Origin: Amphiura filiformis | Taxonomy: Eukaryota | Assembly (NCBI RefSeq): GCF_039555335.1 | Contig: NC_092646.1 | Coordinates: forward strand, 58,074,946-58,138,945 | Direction: 5' to 3' | Length of the DNA stretch: 64,000 nucleotides | Shown here: in pieces, positions 1 through 13,737 of the stretch | Numbering within the stretch: position 1 is the stretch's first letter | How the letters are laid out: each line of letters starts with the position of its first letter | Notes under the pieces: model-generated | The model's input: the letters and a program-made list of their open reading frames with translations, nothing else | Databases searched by the model: none | Told to the model about the DNA's origin: nothing | Position numbers and translations under genes: made by a program

Positions 1-604
1 TATTGGCTCTCTCCTTTGTACTGCATTTGAATTGTGGGGCAAATCCTGTGGATGACAAAGACCTCACTGCCAGTTCCGATCAGGGAAACACCTGGTTGTT
101 TGGAAACCCCAACTTGGTCCCTGGGTGTAATGGGAGAGCAGGACGTGCCCGGTGGGTTCAGTTTGTATTTAAAGGTAGGACGTATGACCGTTCCAGGATT
201 TGAAAATGACCCCTATTTCACAGGGAATCGAGGACATTTCCAGCAATTTTACCCCCTATTTTGCGCGAAATCAAGGAAAATTTGCCCCCAAATACCTCCC
301 CTATTTTTATCATTTTGAGGACGCATTTTCATTTCACCCCCTTATCACGAGGAATCAAGGACATTTTTTCGAAATAAATACCCCTATTTTTACCATTTAA
401 GGACGCTTTTGAATTTGTACCCCTATTTCACGGGGAAATGAGGACAATAACGAAAACTGTAGCGGTAAAAAACGGACGAAAGTCCTAGAAATATACCCTA
501 TTTTTCATTTCAAGGACAATTTTGCTCCAAAACACCCCTAATTTGGACAATCATGAACAATTTTGTCCTCGAAAATTCATGAACATTTCTTGAAAAGTAC
601 CCTA

Positions 605-1700
605 ATGGGCTATTCCATTTGAAATCCACCACACACCCCTGTGGAAGATTTTGGAATTCCAACCAAAATCATCAGTTTGAGTAGTCGACATTCCAACTGG
701 AATTGAGGTCGGATTTCATCTGAAATAGTACGGCAAGGGTGTGGAAGATTTTGGAATTCCAACCAAAATCAACAGTTTGAGTCATTCCAGATCTGGAATT
801 GAAGTCGACATTTCAACTGGAATTGAGGTCAAAATGCAAATCTTCCACAGGGTATCCACTGAAAGTTAAATAAAGTTAAATTTCCCACTCAAAAACATCT
901 GAAATAGTACCAAAATCAACAGGTTGAGTCGTCAATATTCCAACTGGAATTGAGGTCAAAGTACAAATCTTCCACAGGGTAATTCAAAAACATGTATATT
1001 TCAACCCAAAAACATGTAAATTTCCAACTGGAATTGAAGATTGACTCTGAAAAGGGTGTGGAAGATTTTGGAAATCCAACCAAAATCATCAATTTGAGTC
1101 TTCCAGATTTTCATTATATGAAAAGTGCATGTTTGGAATTCCAGCATTTCATAGTACCTTAGTATTGGTATAAAATCACTATACCTGATCTTATTATTTG
1201 CTAGTAATCATGGTTTCAAACCATCAAATGCTGGATCTAATGAGATTGCATGCTCCCAGTCCCGCACTCTGTGTATCCGCATGGTAGTTGTGAAATTTGG
1301 AAACCCAGACCTGAAACTTTTCAGTTACTTTTGTTGCTCAAATTCATACATTAAAAAAAAATTTCAGCCCAATTTGAGTTATTTTATCACCAATTTGGCG
1401 CTGTCTTTCAGGTTTTTTTGTTTGAGCATTTAGTTTTGAAAACCTGAGGGGGGGGGGGTCAATCCCATTGTAGCATGTACACCATCCACGATAATCAACT
1501 TTTGAAAAGCACCCTAAATAAGGATTTAACCCTTGCCTAAAACGTTACCATAAACAGGTAACACGCACCTGTTTTTTCACACCCTAAACAGGGATTTTAT
1601 TCCTTGCATCAAATTTCATTTCCGCATATTAGCAATTGCAATTTTGCTACCCTTTTTTCCAAAATTTCATGCTTTTACACCCTAAACACGATCTGCAGCG
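605..1700. repeat. Left arm of giant inverted repeat: MITE-A-like terminus, tandem subrepeats of about 120-150 bp (605-1100), then a unique segment (1440-1700)
   Basis: Terminus gggctattccatttgaaatccacc at 609. The repeated subunit ccaactggaattgaggtc..aaatcttccacagggta occurs at least 4 times. Bases 1440-1700 are the reverse complement of 10720-11070. Confidence 0.6.
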
Positions 1701-1859
1701 TAATTTTAATAATTTGTCATAAAATTTGTATTATATCGTGAATTTCAAAAATTAAAATTATTTGATATCAGAAAGACATATTCTTCAGTATTCAGAATGC
1801 AATTCGATATGTCTGATGTGCTCTCATGTCCCACAAAAAATACTGTAGAAACGCTCATT

Positions 1860-2100
1860 CCAGATCCCTTAAACAAAAGTTTATGGTACAAATTTGTGCG
1901 ACGTGCCTAATATTTGCCATATTAAAGCTATATAAAATTGTGTGAAATATGGTTTGTGCAAAAATAGAATGAATAGGCCGGCATGAAGGCTCTTTTTATG
2001 CTAAAAAGCTACATAGATGTCAACTTGATGCATGGGGGAGGATTGTCAATACCCCCTTATCAAAATTTTAGGAATTATATAAAAGCGAAGCTAAACTATT
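1860..2100. repeat. Direct repeat copy 1 (about 230 bp); the second copy is at 3520-3760
   Basis: agtttatggtacaaatttg...ttataaatgatg recurs with about 85% match at 3520-3760. The two copies flank the palindromic satellite. Confidence 0.7.
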
Positions 2101-2337
2101 ATAAATGATGTCAAGAAGTGGTAAATTTCTTGACTTTTGTTTCACTATGTCTTGAATGAAACTTGAAGGAAATTCTAGACATAATTAAGTAAAGACAAGA
2201 AATTAGCCACTTCTTGACTAACCTGTTATACAAAACTTATTGTTGCTGCATAGTGAAAACAAGCTTCATTTTAATATGAGTAACAGTTTTAAAGAGTTAA
2301 ACTTAGGCCTACACCTAATTATAATGTTCTAATGTTG

Positions 2338-3175
2338 GTTACGGTTCGCTATCTCTAAGGTTCGCTATCTCTAAGGTTCGTTATCACTAATTACGAAAAA
2401 GGTCCGCTATACCTAAGGTTCGATATCACTAATTTTGAAAAAGGTTCGGTATTTCTAAGGTTCGATATCACTAATTTTAAATAAGGTTCGCTATCTCTAA
2501 TTTTAAATAAGGTCCGCTATCACTAATTTATTGAAGGTTCGCTATCTCTAAGGTTAGCTATCACTAATTTAAAATAAGGTCCGCTATTCGCTATAGCGGT
2601 CCTTATTTAAAATTAGAGATAGCGGACCTTATTTGAAATTAGGGATAGCGGACCTTATTTAAAATTAGAGATAGTGGACCTTATTTAAGATTAGTGATAA
2701 CGAACTTTAGGTATAGCGAACCTTAATCGAAATTAGTGATAACGAACCTTAGATATAGCGAACCTTAATAAATTAGGGATAGCTTAACCTTTAACAAAAT
2801 TAGTAATAGCGAACCTTAGGTATAGCGGACCTTTATTGGAATTAGTGATAACTTGAACCTTAGAGATAGCGAACCTTCAATAAATTAGTGATAGCGGACC
2901 TTATTCAAAATTAGTAGCGAACCTTATTTTAAATTAGTGATAGCGAACCTTATTTAAGATTAGTGATATCGAACCTTAGAACTAGCGAACCTTATTCTAA
3001 ATTAGTGATATCGAACCTTAGAAGTAGCGGACCTTTTTTTAGGTATAGCGAACCTTTTTCTCTATTAGAGATAGCGGATTCTGATCTCCATAGACTTTAC
3101 ACGTTAGTGATAGCGAACCTTAGAGATAGCGAACCTTAGAGATAGCGGACCTTAGAGATAGCGGGATGTCACCCT
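2338..3175. repeat. Palindromic minisatellite with units of about 38-40 bp; the unit orientation flips at about 2597
   Basis: The left arm carries aaggttcgctatctctaa-type units. The right arm carries ttagagatagcgaacctt-type units. The symmetry centre is ccgctattcgctatagcggtcc. Confidence 0.85.
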
Positions 3176-4224
3176 AATGTTTTGGCCTAAATTATTTTTT
3201 GGTATAATATTGTAAATATTTAAGTCAACAGATACAATCACTACAGTTTATTGCCAGATTAAAAAAAAATAGTGAAATTGAATAGAGACTATATTAAACA
3301 AAAACAATCCATTTTTTTTATATATATTTTTTTGTTATTTTATTGTGATCTAAAAATATAAAGCTGTGGAAATTTAGTGATTAGGGGGAGAATGTGGGAC
3401 ATGAATGCAGGGCCTTCAAGTCAGTGGCATAGATTTGTATTTGACATGGTGGGGGGGGGGGGGGCTGGGGTTGGAAAACAATTCTTCAAGTGTGAAACTA
3501 AACCTACCCACAGAATAAAGTTATGGTACAAATTTGCACGAAGCACCTAATATTTGCCATATTGAAGCTAAATTGTGTGAAATATGGTTTATACAAAAAT
3601 AGAATAAATAGGCATTAAAGGCTATTTTTAGGCCAAAAAGCCGCATACAGATATCAACATGATGCATGGGGAGGATTGTATAGATCATACCCTCTTATCA
3701 AAATATTGGGGAATTATACATGTACGAAGCTAAAAAATTATAAATGATGAAAATGAATTTGTTTTCACCCTTGACACCAAATCTTTTTGTTGACCCGACG
3801 TGGAGCAATTTTTAAAAATATTTTTTAGTCTGAGGTGGAGGTGTGGAGCTAATTTATTTTCCCCCTCAGATAGCGAGATAATTTATTTTTCTTCAAAGAA
3901 CTTTTCCGAGAAACCACAATATCATAATATTGAAAGTTACACATAATGCTAAAAAAAGGAGGAAGGTAATTAACTGACCAACCTTGGCACAGTTGGAAAA
4001 TTGTTCATGATAAAATTATATAGCAATCCCCAAAATGTTTATATAATCTTGAACATTGGCTTCAAAATGCAACAACTTCAATTGCACTACTTATCCTAGA
4101 ACTGCTTTTCAAATTTGGTCTTTATCAGATTGCTTTCACAAAAATGTGCTATTGGCATGGTTTTCTTATATGCCTACATGTATACATGTATTTATTTATT
4201 TATTCAAATTTCTCTGCCATCACA

Positions 4225-6810
4225 AATAACAACATACGAGGGACTGTCAATATATTCCTGCAACTATTATTTATCTCTGCCAAGTATGACTTTGATGACT
4301 AGTTTGTAGTTCAGTTTGTACCTTTGTCTTTCAAAACAAATGCGTAATTAGCCAAGTCGAATCCTTGATTACGTAATGACATTAGCATAAACACAATAGC
4401 ATATGGACACTGCCTGATATATCATAGTGGTGAAAAATAGTGGAGAAAATAATGAGTCAAATTGAGGTATTGTTACATAATTCGAAATATCTCGAGAATA
4501 AAAGTATGGAATCTGGTGCGGTTTTGCAATTTGGTAGACTGATAACACAGGGTTCATGCTATACTCTATTTAGACCTATACTATTTTTATTAGAGATAGG
4601 GGATCATGTTGAATATCTCCAATTTTGAGTAGGCGTTATCACACATTGTTCTTACATAATAAGAAATAGCAAGATTAAAATGGTACCTGGTTCGATAAGG
4701 TAAAATGGGAATTCGCAAACATTTCTTCCTTTTTAAACCCTTTGTTTTCAAAATGTCATGTTTATGTAATCAAAGCAGCACACCATAGAGAGGCTCTGAA
4801 TTGAAAAAGAAATTTGAATTTCAAATGTGTTTAAAACATGGTCTCAGATTTGAAGCAGGTTTCACTGCCAAAGTGTGTAAAAATTCACCCCAGAGTGAAA
4901 ATAGCTATGTTTAATTTCTAAGGTGTCTTTTCTAGGGTAAAATTGTTTGTAGAACATGATTTTTTTTTTTTTTTGAGTGCAACGTACATCGTTTTGCTAG
5001 TAAATATTGATTTGTGGCCGATTTTGCCCGAAAAACACACTTTATGGGTGACAAAAATTTTCACATGCCAACTTTGTATACTCATAGAGTCTACAATATA
5101 CATAGATATGGCCCTTTAAAATGTTAACATATCACCTGAGGGTACTATTTGATGGATTCAGGCATTTGTTTTGTGATTGACTTAATCATTTGCGCACCAG
5201 AATCATTCAAATATGACATGCCTTGTGACAATTGACATGCCAAAATCAGCTGTTTTCGGCAAAAAAATTGATTTGAAAAATCATAACTCTTGATAGGAAG
5301 GTGCTACAGTGATGGTTGACCTACTAGTCTATGCAGTGATGAATGGGCTTTCATTTGATACCTAACTTTGTTCATTTGAACTAACGAGAAGACTTGCAAA
5401 ATGTAAAAATGTTTCCCCTACCCCTTAAAATTTTGATATGTGTAAAAATTCCCGCCATTTATAAAAATCGGGATTACAAGAAAACTACAAGAGCTATAGG
5501 CTTGAAAAACTAATCAGTTATGCACAGTATAAGTTCCTACATGGGTATAACAATTTTTAACAATTTGTGACATCTGTAAATTACGTAAAATTTGGCATTT
5601 CGAAAAATCGCAACAAAAAAATATGAGGCGACATGTGTAAAAAAACTAATCAGTTATTCCTATGATACAGTACTACAGGTATATAGTATCAAACTTGTGC
5701 TAAAATGCATTTTTTTGAGTTCTAATTTTTTATCAAATTGACTCGCCACCTCATTTTTGAGCAAAATCGGGAACAATTAGTACCTGTAATATTGTGCAAT
5801 CATGTGACCTATATTCAATGTGTGTGCCCCAATCAGATGTAAGACTTGCACTACAACATGATGTGAGCCTTGCAGAGCCTTTATAAGTGTGCCAATAGAG
5901 TTCAAATATGTTGTGATGATGTTGTCACTTAATGGATCTCATATTTTTATTTCCGTCAAAAGCATATGCCTCTACTGTAATGCTCATATCAGGAAAACAA
6001 TGACAGATTGTGCATTTCTGACTTCAGAAATGAATTCTGCACAAAATTTCAGTCTAGAAAACATATTTAAAACAATATTTTTTGAAACTTTATATTTTGC
6101 CATTTTTGGCAGTCAAACCTGCTTCAAATCTGAAACAGTGTCTTTAAAATTTCAGCATTCTGAGACTTAGTATAGCAACTAACTCACAACGTCCAGCAGC
6201 ATTGTATTTAGTCATATTTATAGCACTTTTTTGCCTAAATTTTCCTTTTTCATACATTTTTGGTACTTTTAAGTGTGCCTACCACCAACATGCGCATATT
6301 TATTTCTTTTATTGCAGTAATTTCTATTGTCCTGACTATGATCTTTCATACCAATAATCATAATTGTTTTGGTTTCATTTTGGAGATATTATTTATTCTT
6401 GTGTCTAACTTGTATTGTCGTCTGTCATGATTTTCACACCATTTTTATTTGTCATTAAGGCCTATTTCTGATGAATTTCAAAGACTGCACCTTTCCTCGT
6501 CTGTGTGTTTAATTCTTCTTTCACAATTATGAAGTGAATATACTCAGATTACCTCATACCAAAACAGGGCTTGCAAACTGCTTTGGTACTTACTTATCCT
6601 TCTCCCATGTTCTGTAACTGCAATTCAAATGTCCACCAACGTTGACAGTTGTCTGTGTACATATAGCAATGACTTGATACAAATGAGATTACGTAATTCA
6701 AAAGTACAAACCTGTATTTATCATAAGAAATAGTCATCAAAGTCATGCTTGAGGGGAGATAAATAATAGTTGCGGGAATATATTGACTGCATTGTCCCTC
6801 GTACAAAGAC
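4225..6810. mobile_element. Candidate TIR-bounded element about 2.6 kb long with roughly 85-bp terminal inverted repeats
   Basis: 4235-4312 (catacgagggactgtcaatatattcctgcaactattatttatctc...) is the reverse complement of 6728-6808. There is no recognisable ORF inside. Confidence 0.3.
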
Positions 6811-7699
6811 AATAGTAAACAGCATACCCAAATAGTAAACTAATCTTAAAGGAGTATTTCGTGATCCTAGCATCCTCTTTTTATGACTTTTTTCAGTAGA
6901 TATCAACGAAAAAAGCCTATTCCCAAAATTTCAGTTGATTCTGATTTTGCATTTGCGAGTTATGCATGATTATGTGTATTACACTGCTCCATAGACAATG
7001 CGTTGTAATTTCGTTCTGGTGCACCAGAACGAAATTAAAATTTCACGATATCTTTGCTAAACGAATTAATCTGCAAGATATATTTTGTACATAAACATTA
7101 TGTAGCCAGAGGTATCCAGTAATATAAAAATCTCAACTTTTTTTTGGGAAAAGTGGGGGGATGAGGCTGTGGATCACGAAATGCCCTTTTAAGGGATCCC
7201 GGGAGAATACAGGAAGGGACATGATAAAGTGCAACATATCTTTTTATTTCAACAGAAGGGTTGTCAACATGTCCAGGGTTTTGTGGAAATGAGTCCCAAT
7301 TTATATATTTTTATTTACAATCTTTTCTCAAACGTGCCAATGAATGTGAGAAAGAGAGTGAATAATTGATACAAATTCTCCTTTCAGAAATATGGCTGGC
7401 TACAAAACAAAATGTGACATATTTGTTACAACCTGCAAAACAATTTGAAAATCAAAGGCATTCATTTTATTTTAATGATCTTCATAATGCCTTTGTTTTT
7501 ATGAAATATTTGATTAATTTAGTTAATTCCGCACTTGTCATTGATATTGTGAAAAGATATTCCAATTCCAAAAATATTGCAGCCACAGAAACTCAAAATA
7601 TTTGCTTATGGCGGCATTGATATTCATCAAATATCCACTTGGCGATAACTAATTAATTGAAAAGGCTATTGACATTCATTTTAAGTCTAAAAGAATATC

Positions 7700-8430
7700 A
7701 TATTGAAATGTTTAGAAATACAACTTTTAAAATAAGTAAGTTTTTTTTAAATATTTTTTTTTGTCATTGAACATATTACTTTCGATGAAAAAGTCATTAA
7801 ACATTGTGCAGAAATAAGTCAAGCAAGTGAATTGCCCATTTTTTCTCAGTTGACAATATTTACAGGCTTATGACAAAAAACAAAATACAATACAAATTAG
7901 TGAAATTGATGTATGCATTAAAATGAACGACCTATTCAATTGATTGACAAATATTACAATAAAATATAAAATAAAATGACATGGTATTGCACACATAAGC
8001 CTAACAAACTTCAGTGACAAACTTATTAAAATCAAAATGTTTGCATTAAAAATTCATTTTCTTGCATTACTAATTATTTTAAATTTGTTTAAAATTTAAT
8101 GAATATTTTTTAGCATTGAAAATATTACTTTTGATGAAAAAGTCAACAAACATTGGGCAGAAATAAGTCATGCAAGTGAATTGCCCATACTCCCTCAGTT
8201 GACAATATTTACAGGCTTGATATATTAAAACAAATATAATACAAATGATTGAAATTAATGAATGAATTAAAATGAGCGACCAATTCGATTGATTGACACA
8301 TCTACTATGCATTCATAGGCAAATGTAGAATGCCAGAAGACAATAAAATGACATGGTATTGCACACATAAGCCTAACAAACTTCAGTGACAATCTTATTA
8401 AAATCAAAATGTTTGCAATAAAAATTAATT
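7700..8430. repeat. Tandem duplication of a unit of about 370 bp (7700-8060 and 8080-8430)
   Basis: Long shared strings such as gaaaaagtca..aaacattg.gcagaaataagtca.gcaagtgaattgccca and aaatgacatggtattgcacacataagcctaacaaacttcagtgaca. Confidence 0.75.
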
Positions 8431-10557
8431 TTCTGAAATTTTCTGAATTTGTCAAATAAGGAACTTTTTCACGATAAATTAAAATTTGTCATTTGCGCAT
8501 GCATGACAAATTTTTCAACTAAGACAGTATGTATGGCCATATTTTGTTTGTTAAATAATGAATTAATTATACTTCATGTGCTTGGTGTACAAATAAAGTA
8601 AACTAACAAATTTATATTAGTCAAAACAAGAAATTTAACAGAGAATGTAATTAAATATTAAAATGTAAATTTTAGACATTTTATAAATGCTTGATATGGC
8701 TAAACATGGATAAAATTACCTATAGGGCAAAATAATTATTTATTGTTGTTGGGTTTTATTAAGTGGGAGCATGATAACAGAACAAGTTTTTGAAGAATCA
8801 TTTTCTAAACGAGACATTTGTCTTCCAAATAAGCAAATGAATAAAGAGTAAACTGACGAATCAAGCGGAAAACATTACAAGAGCATATTTATAACTGTTA
8901 GTATACATTTTAAATGAGAATCAAAATAAACCTTGAATGAATAAATTAACAATGTGAACTGCAAAAGTTTATTCTTAATTTTATATATCATTTTCTTTCT
9001 TTTGAAATGAGTGTTCACATATGCAATATCAACGGTACATTTTGGTACTGCGGGTTTGCAATTATGGTTGATTTCACACAAATGCAGAGATGTTATTTGT
9101 TTGTTCAGCATCATAGCTATTAAATGTAATCAAAATATCAAATAAAAAATCAAATAATTAGGCCTAAATATTTTGCAATTCTCAATCATTTTGGATGCAG
9201 GCAGGAAACAGTAAACTCAAAATCAAGAAGGGCCGAGGTTTTTCCCTTCAAAACAGACCAGGGGAAAATATTAGTTCCTATGATATGACAAAGTGGAAGG
9301 TGACAGTCATAGTAGGATACTGTCATGCTCTAATAGACTATAATGAAATATGCGGGGGCATGGTTGATGGTTCAAATAGCCTGTATAAACAGCTAGGGGG
9401 GTACTCAGTACAAAATACCATTTACCCATCTAATATATCAATGACTTTTTGGAAAAGGTAATTGGTATAAAATTTTCTTGTCCATCTGCTTTGATAACGA
9501 TCAAAGCTGAAAAAAAAATCCCCTCATTTCAATATCTCCAATATCTTGAAATAATTAATTAAGAATGAGTTTTTTAATTCTCATCTTTCTGATATCAGAA
9601 AATGAGCATGTAGTGTGGAATTTTTAAGTGTTTATTTTTTCATATGTGGGCAAGTTCTTTGACATTTGAATCTGAGACATTGGCACAATACATATAGGAA
9701 TCAGCCTAGAAATCAATTCAAAATTATATTGTAGCCAAATTTAATTTGTCCATCAAAGTATGTTGTCCAACCAACTTGGAATTTCACCTTTAGACACCAA
9801 AATGACACCTTAAAATTAAAATGCCCTGGGTATAAAAATACAGGCAATTTTGTTTGAAAATGTTTACGATTTTGAACTCTAGAAAGCCGAGAATAGAAAT
9901 AAGCAACCAGGGCAATTATAATAATTAAATTATATTGTTATCTGTATGAAAATATCAATACAAAAAGTGAAGTGGTAATCAGTTTTGAGGTTATTTAGAA
10001 GACGCATTATACTTCTGTAAAAAAAGACGACTCGTTATACTTGAACTTCAGTAAAAAGGGTTAATTCACAATTTTTTCACATGTCAATATAAAACTTGAA
10101 TTTGTTATGTGAAAATCTGTAACCAGGTAGAAAAAAACATGAAGCAAGGCCTATCCTGAGAAAAGCCCAGACTAAAGATCATAATCAAATTATGCTCCAT
10201 ACACTGTCCACTGTGGTCCACAGCTTCTGTGCACAAACTTGTAGTGGTTTTACAAAACTATTCCACTGGGCCAAGGACACCCATCCTAAAAATAGGTTTT
10301 AGAATGTTAATGGTTTAATTTATGTGGCATTATATTTTTGCAATTATCTGTTCTTAAAACAAAAACTTCACAATGCAGACAAAATAGATTTCTTGTCACT
10401 TGAGGTCTATTAAAGTTGACTATAAAGTCTATCTGGTATTTGAATGAATGAATGTATAGCAAAATAAAAATCTGAAGAAACTGTCAAAAATTCTATCTAT
10501 AAAAATTAAGTAAATTTGGACAACAAAAATAAAATTCGGGCAAAAATTCTCATATGG

Positions 10558-10625
10558 GGCTGTGCAATAATTATGAGCCAATGGGTTGGGGGGATTTCCC
10601 CATGATGGTCCAACTCAAAATGTGT
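10558..10625. mobile_element. MITE family B solo terminus (ggctgtgcaataattatgagcc...)
   Basis: Matches the termini of the full copies at 31148-31448 and 40600-41042. Confidence 0.5.
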
Positions 10626-10719
10626 CAGTTATTGTTGGAAATTTCAGCATGATAATATTTTAAGCAAACATGTTTTTTGCATCCAACAGTTTTTATTATT
10701 TCTAAATTTCCACCATACT

Positions 10720-11512
10720 CAGAAAACAAGCAACTCCCATTGTGGCCTGTACACCATCCGCGATAATGAAAAGCGTAAAATGGGTAGTTTTTAGGTAGGT
10801 AAGCATGATTCACAAGCGTAGCTTAGCGTTTATGGTGTCAAAAACATGAAATATTGGAAAAAGGGTAGCAAAATTGCAATTGCTAATACTGCGGAAATGA
10901 AATTTAGGGTATGAAATTTGATGCAAGGAATAAAATCCCTGTTTAGGGTGTAAAAACACCTGTTTAGGATATTGTTTTAGCCAAGGGTTAAATCCTTGTT
11001 TAGGGTGCTTTTCAAAAGTTGATTATCGTGAATTGGTGTACAGGCCACAATGGGAGTGACCCCCGGGAATTTCTACCCTGTTTTAGACCTTCTCTGCTGG
11101 AATTCTAACAAAATGTAAATGTTTCCAACTGGAATTGAGGTAGAAGTGCAAATCTTCCACAGGGTATCCGACTGAAAGTTAAATTTTCCACCGATAATGT
11201 TTCCAACTGGAATTGAAGTCGACATGAAAATCTTCCACAGGGTATCTGACTGGAATGAAGTTTTTAGTTAGAATTCCACACAAAACATGTAAATGTTTCC
11301 AACTGGAATTGAGGTCAAAATGCAAATCTTCCACAGGGTATCCAGCTGGAATTGCGTTAAATTTGTAAATCTTCTACATGATTCAGCTGGAATTACAATG
11401 AACGTGGGACTATTTCCAACGGATTGTACATTTGGCCCAACTGGAATTTAGGTAGCATTGTAAATCTTCCACAGGGGGGGTGTGGATTTCAAATGGAATA
11501 GCCCAATTGGAA
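10720..11512. repeat. Right arm of giant inverted repeat; mirror image of 605-1700
   Basis: 10720-11070 is the reverse complement of 1440-1700. 11090-11470 repeats the ccaactggaattgaggt..cttccacagggta subunits. It ends in the inverted terminus ggatttcaaatggaatagccc at 11480-11505. Confidence 0.6.
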
Positions 11513-11725
11513 CCATCATGCGTACACATTGTCAGTGAAGACTGAACCCACCGGTAGGACGTATTTCAACACTGAATGATCTACCCAGGTTAGATAAGAT
11601 GTTAAAAAAGAACTAAAGGCTAAACAATCTGAAAGCTGCAAGCTAGCAATCACCGTCCATGGGAGAATTTGATTGACATGATTGTCGATGCAAACTAGTT
11701 TTTTCTGTCTGTGATTATACCCTAC

Positions 11726-11912
11726 CTGTTCCAAATACAACAATATTGAAGACCCAATCATCAGGCAAGTGATGCAAGGCTAACAAAGCAATCTTCTTGG
11801 CTTCTCTTAAACTCTCCCCTCTCATTGAATTGGATAGGTCCAACATGAAAATGACCTCTGACCTCCCTTCAGTGTTTGCTTCAAATTCTGGGTAGAAGGT
11901 TAACATGCATGC
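11726..11912 (-). CDS. PARP4: PARP4-like exon: start of the vWA domain (ACMLTFYPEFEANTEGRSEVIFMLDLSNSMRGESLREAKKIALLALHHLPDDWVFNIVVFGTG)
   Basis: Acceptor ttctcttctttacag|GCATGC and donor ACAG|gtaggg. The MIDAS motif D-L-S-N-S-M is present. The reading frame is continuous with the preceding exon. Confidence 0.85.
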
Positions 11913-12132
11913 CTGTAAAGAAGAGAAATGTTTATAAATGAAGTCCAACAATTTTGAACACAATTATTATCCATCACCTTTAATAGGAGGATCTACTTGT
12001 GTACGAGGCTAGCCTTATTATGAAAAAGAAATTGTTGCTTGCTAACATCACCAAACTTTACATGAAATCTAGCGGCTGACAGCAACTGATGAGCTCCCCA
12101 CTGGCTCTGCAAGTTATCTTTGCTTTGCTTAC

Positions 12133-12355
12133 CTGACTATCTTTCTTAGATGGGTGGCGCTCTACCCACATACGAGGTACATGAATCTCTGCCAATCCAA
12201 TCTGAAGCTGAAAGCCATCGTCCAACCTGGTGCAACCATCAGCCAATGCTACTGTAGCTTTGCTTGCTGTGCGCTTGATTCTGATTGGATGCGTGGGTGA
12301 CTCCAGAGTTCGAATGTCATAGGGCATCTCTATAGCAACCTCCACTGACAGATTG
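12133..12355 (-). CDS. PARP4: PARP4-like exon: C-terminal half of the VIT domain (..NLSVEVAIEMPYDIRTLESPTHPIRIKR...GFQLQIGLAEIHVPRMWVERHPSKKDSQ)
   Basis: Acceptor ttttcctacag and donor CAG|gtaagc. It begins in phase 2, consistent with the preceding exon ending in GG. Confidence 0.8.
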
Positions 12356-12494
12356 CTGTAGGAAAAGGAGAAGTCAAAAAAGAAAAAAATGAGTCTTTCA
12401 TCGTAGTAGACCGGGAGTTTGGGATGTGGAAGAGCATCTGGTGTTGCCTCTGGTAGGTGTTTCTAATGGCTTAGCTGGGTTTGAGGAATGCCGA

Positions 12495-12610
12495 TCAGCC
12501 CATCTTGACTGTCCTCAGGTCGTTCTGAGTAACCTCTGACATGGCTGCATCATTCTTCCAAGGAGCTGCAGTCCCAGGTAGACCAAACACTAGATTACAT
12601 CTTTTAAGGT
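12495..12610 (-). pseudogene. Intronic degenerate duplicate of the 3' half of the VIT exon at 13738-13943 (..LVFGLPGTAAPWKNDAAMSEVTQNDLRTVKMG*)
   Basis: About 32 residues are a paralogous copy of IVFGLPGSVAPWKKDTALSEVTQTDLKTVKIDKEMKG. It ends in a stop codon and has no GT donor. Confidence 0.55.
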
Positions 12611-12814
12611 CAGTTACCCCAAGACAGAGAAACAAAATAAAACACATCCAAAGTGTTATATTCCTTGCCACACTACTCAGCCATTGAAAACGGTCGAGAT
12701 TTATTTTTGTATATTCATCAAAAACATGCATACACAATTCACAATTTAATTAATATGAATAGCAAAGGCTAAAGGCTTCAATTCAGCAAAAACAATCATA
12801 AAATTATTCGGCAT

Positions 12815-13140
12815 TTATGCAAAAGCAAAAGTCTGGATGCGAGGTACTCCACGATATCGGAAAGCGAGATACTTTAAGCAAAAGCTGAAAAGCTGGATGT
12901 GAAATACCCCTTATATCTGAAAGCGAGATACTTTAAGCAAAAGCTGAAAAGCTGGATGTGAAATACCCCTATATCTGAAAGCGAGATACTTTAAGCAAAA
13001 ATGAAAAGCTGGAATGTGACTTACTCCAAGATATCGAAAAGCAAGGTACTTTAAGCAAAAGCTGAAAAGCTGGATGTGAGTTACACCATATAGCTGAAAG
13101 AGAGATACTTTGGAAGCAAATGAGAAAATTATAGCTGAAG
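12815..13140. repeat. Tandem repeat with a unit of about 60 bp, about 5 copies
   Basis: gcaaaagctgaaaagctggatgtgaaatacccc..tatctgaaagcgagatactttaa is repeated head to tail. Confidence 0.85.
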
Positions 13141-13737
13141 CCTTTAGCATATTTTAATTATAATATTTAATATTTTTTGCTGTTGACTGGAGCCCGCGAG
13201 AGATTCCCGAGCTTCCTTGCGGAAAAGTTCCTTAAGAAAATTTCAAAATCAAAAGAATTATTACATTTTTCTTTGACATTGTACATATAAAGCCATTATT
13301 TTATATAATTAATATCAAATTGCACTCCCACCCACAACCCACCTCTAATCTGGACCACTTTGCAACTCGTGCGAACCCTGCAAAGTGAGAAAGAGCAAAA
13401 ACCAGAATTTTTGGGGATGGTGGGTGGGTAAATAAAAATTATTTACGACCGTCCTCAATGATGGCTGATTGTGTTGTGATTTGGCTATGGCTCCCAACGC
13501 AACCGGATAAACAACCAAGCCTGCCCTGATTGGCCAAACCCGACAAGAACACAATGGATGCTTTATGCAAATGAAACATGTGATGACCCGCGGTCATTTA
13601 ACATGTCCTTTCACGAACGCCCCTGGATGCAGGCATGGAAGCACCCATTTCTCTGCGGGGGCAAATTTTGATTCTTCATGATTGATCACATTCAGAATCT
13701 TTATTATTTATCATATGTACATTACATCTAAGCTTAC

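Larger units (their letters stand above)
605..11512. mobile_element. Possible composite or foldback-type element about 10.9 kb long, delimited by inverted arms of about 1 kb
   Basis: The outermost MITE-A-type termini face each other in inverted orientation at 605 and 11512. The interior is AT-rich and non-coding, with further internal repeats. Confidence 0.3.

Noticed and set aside
2338-3175. CRISPR-like regular repeat array
   Set aside because: The units are contiguous with no unique spacers. The orientation flips mid-array. The context is eukaryotic. It is a minisatellite.
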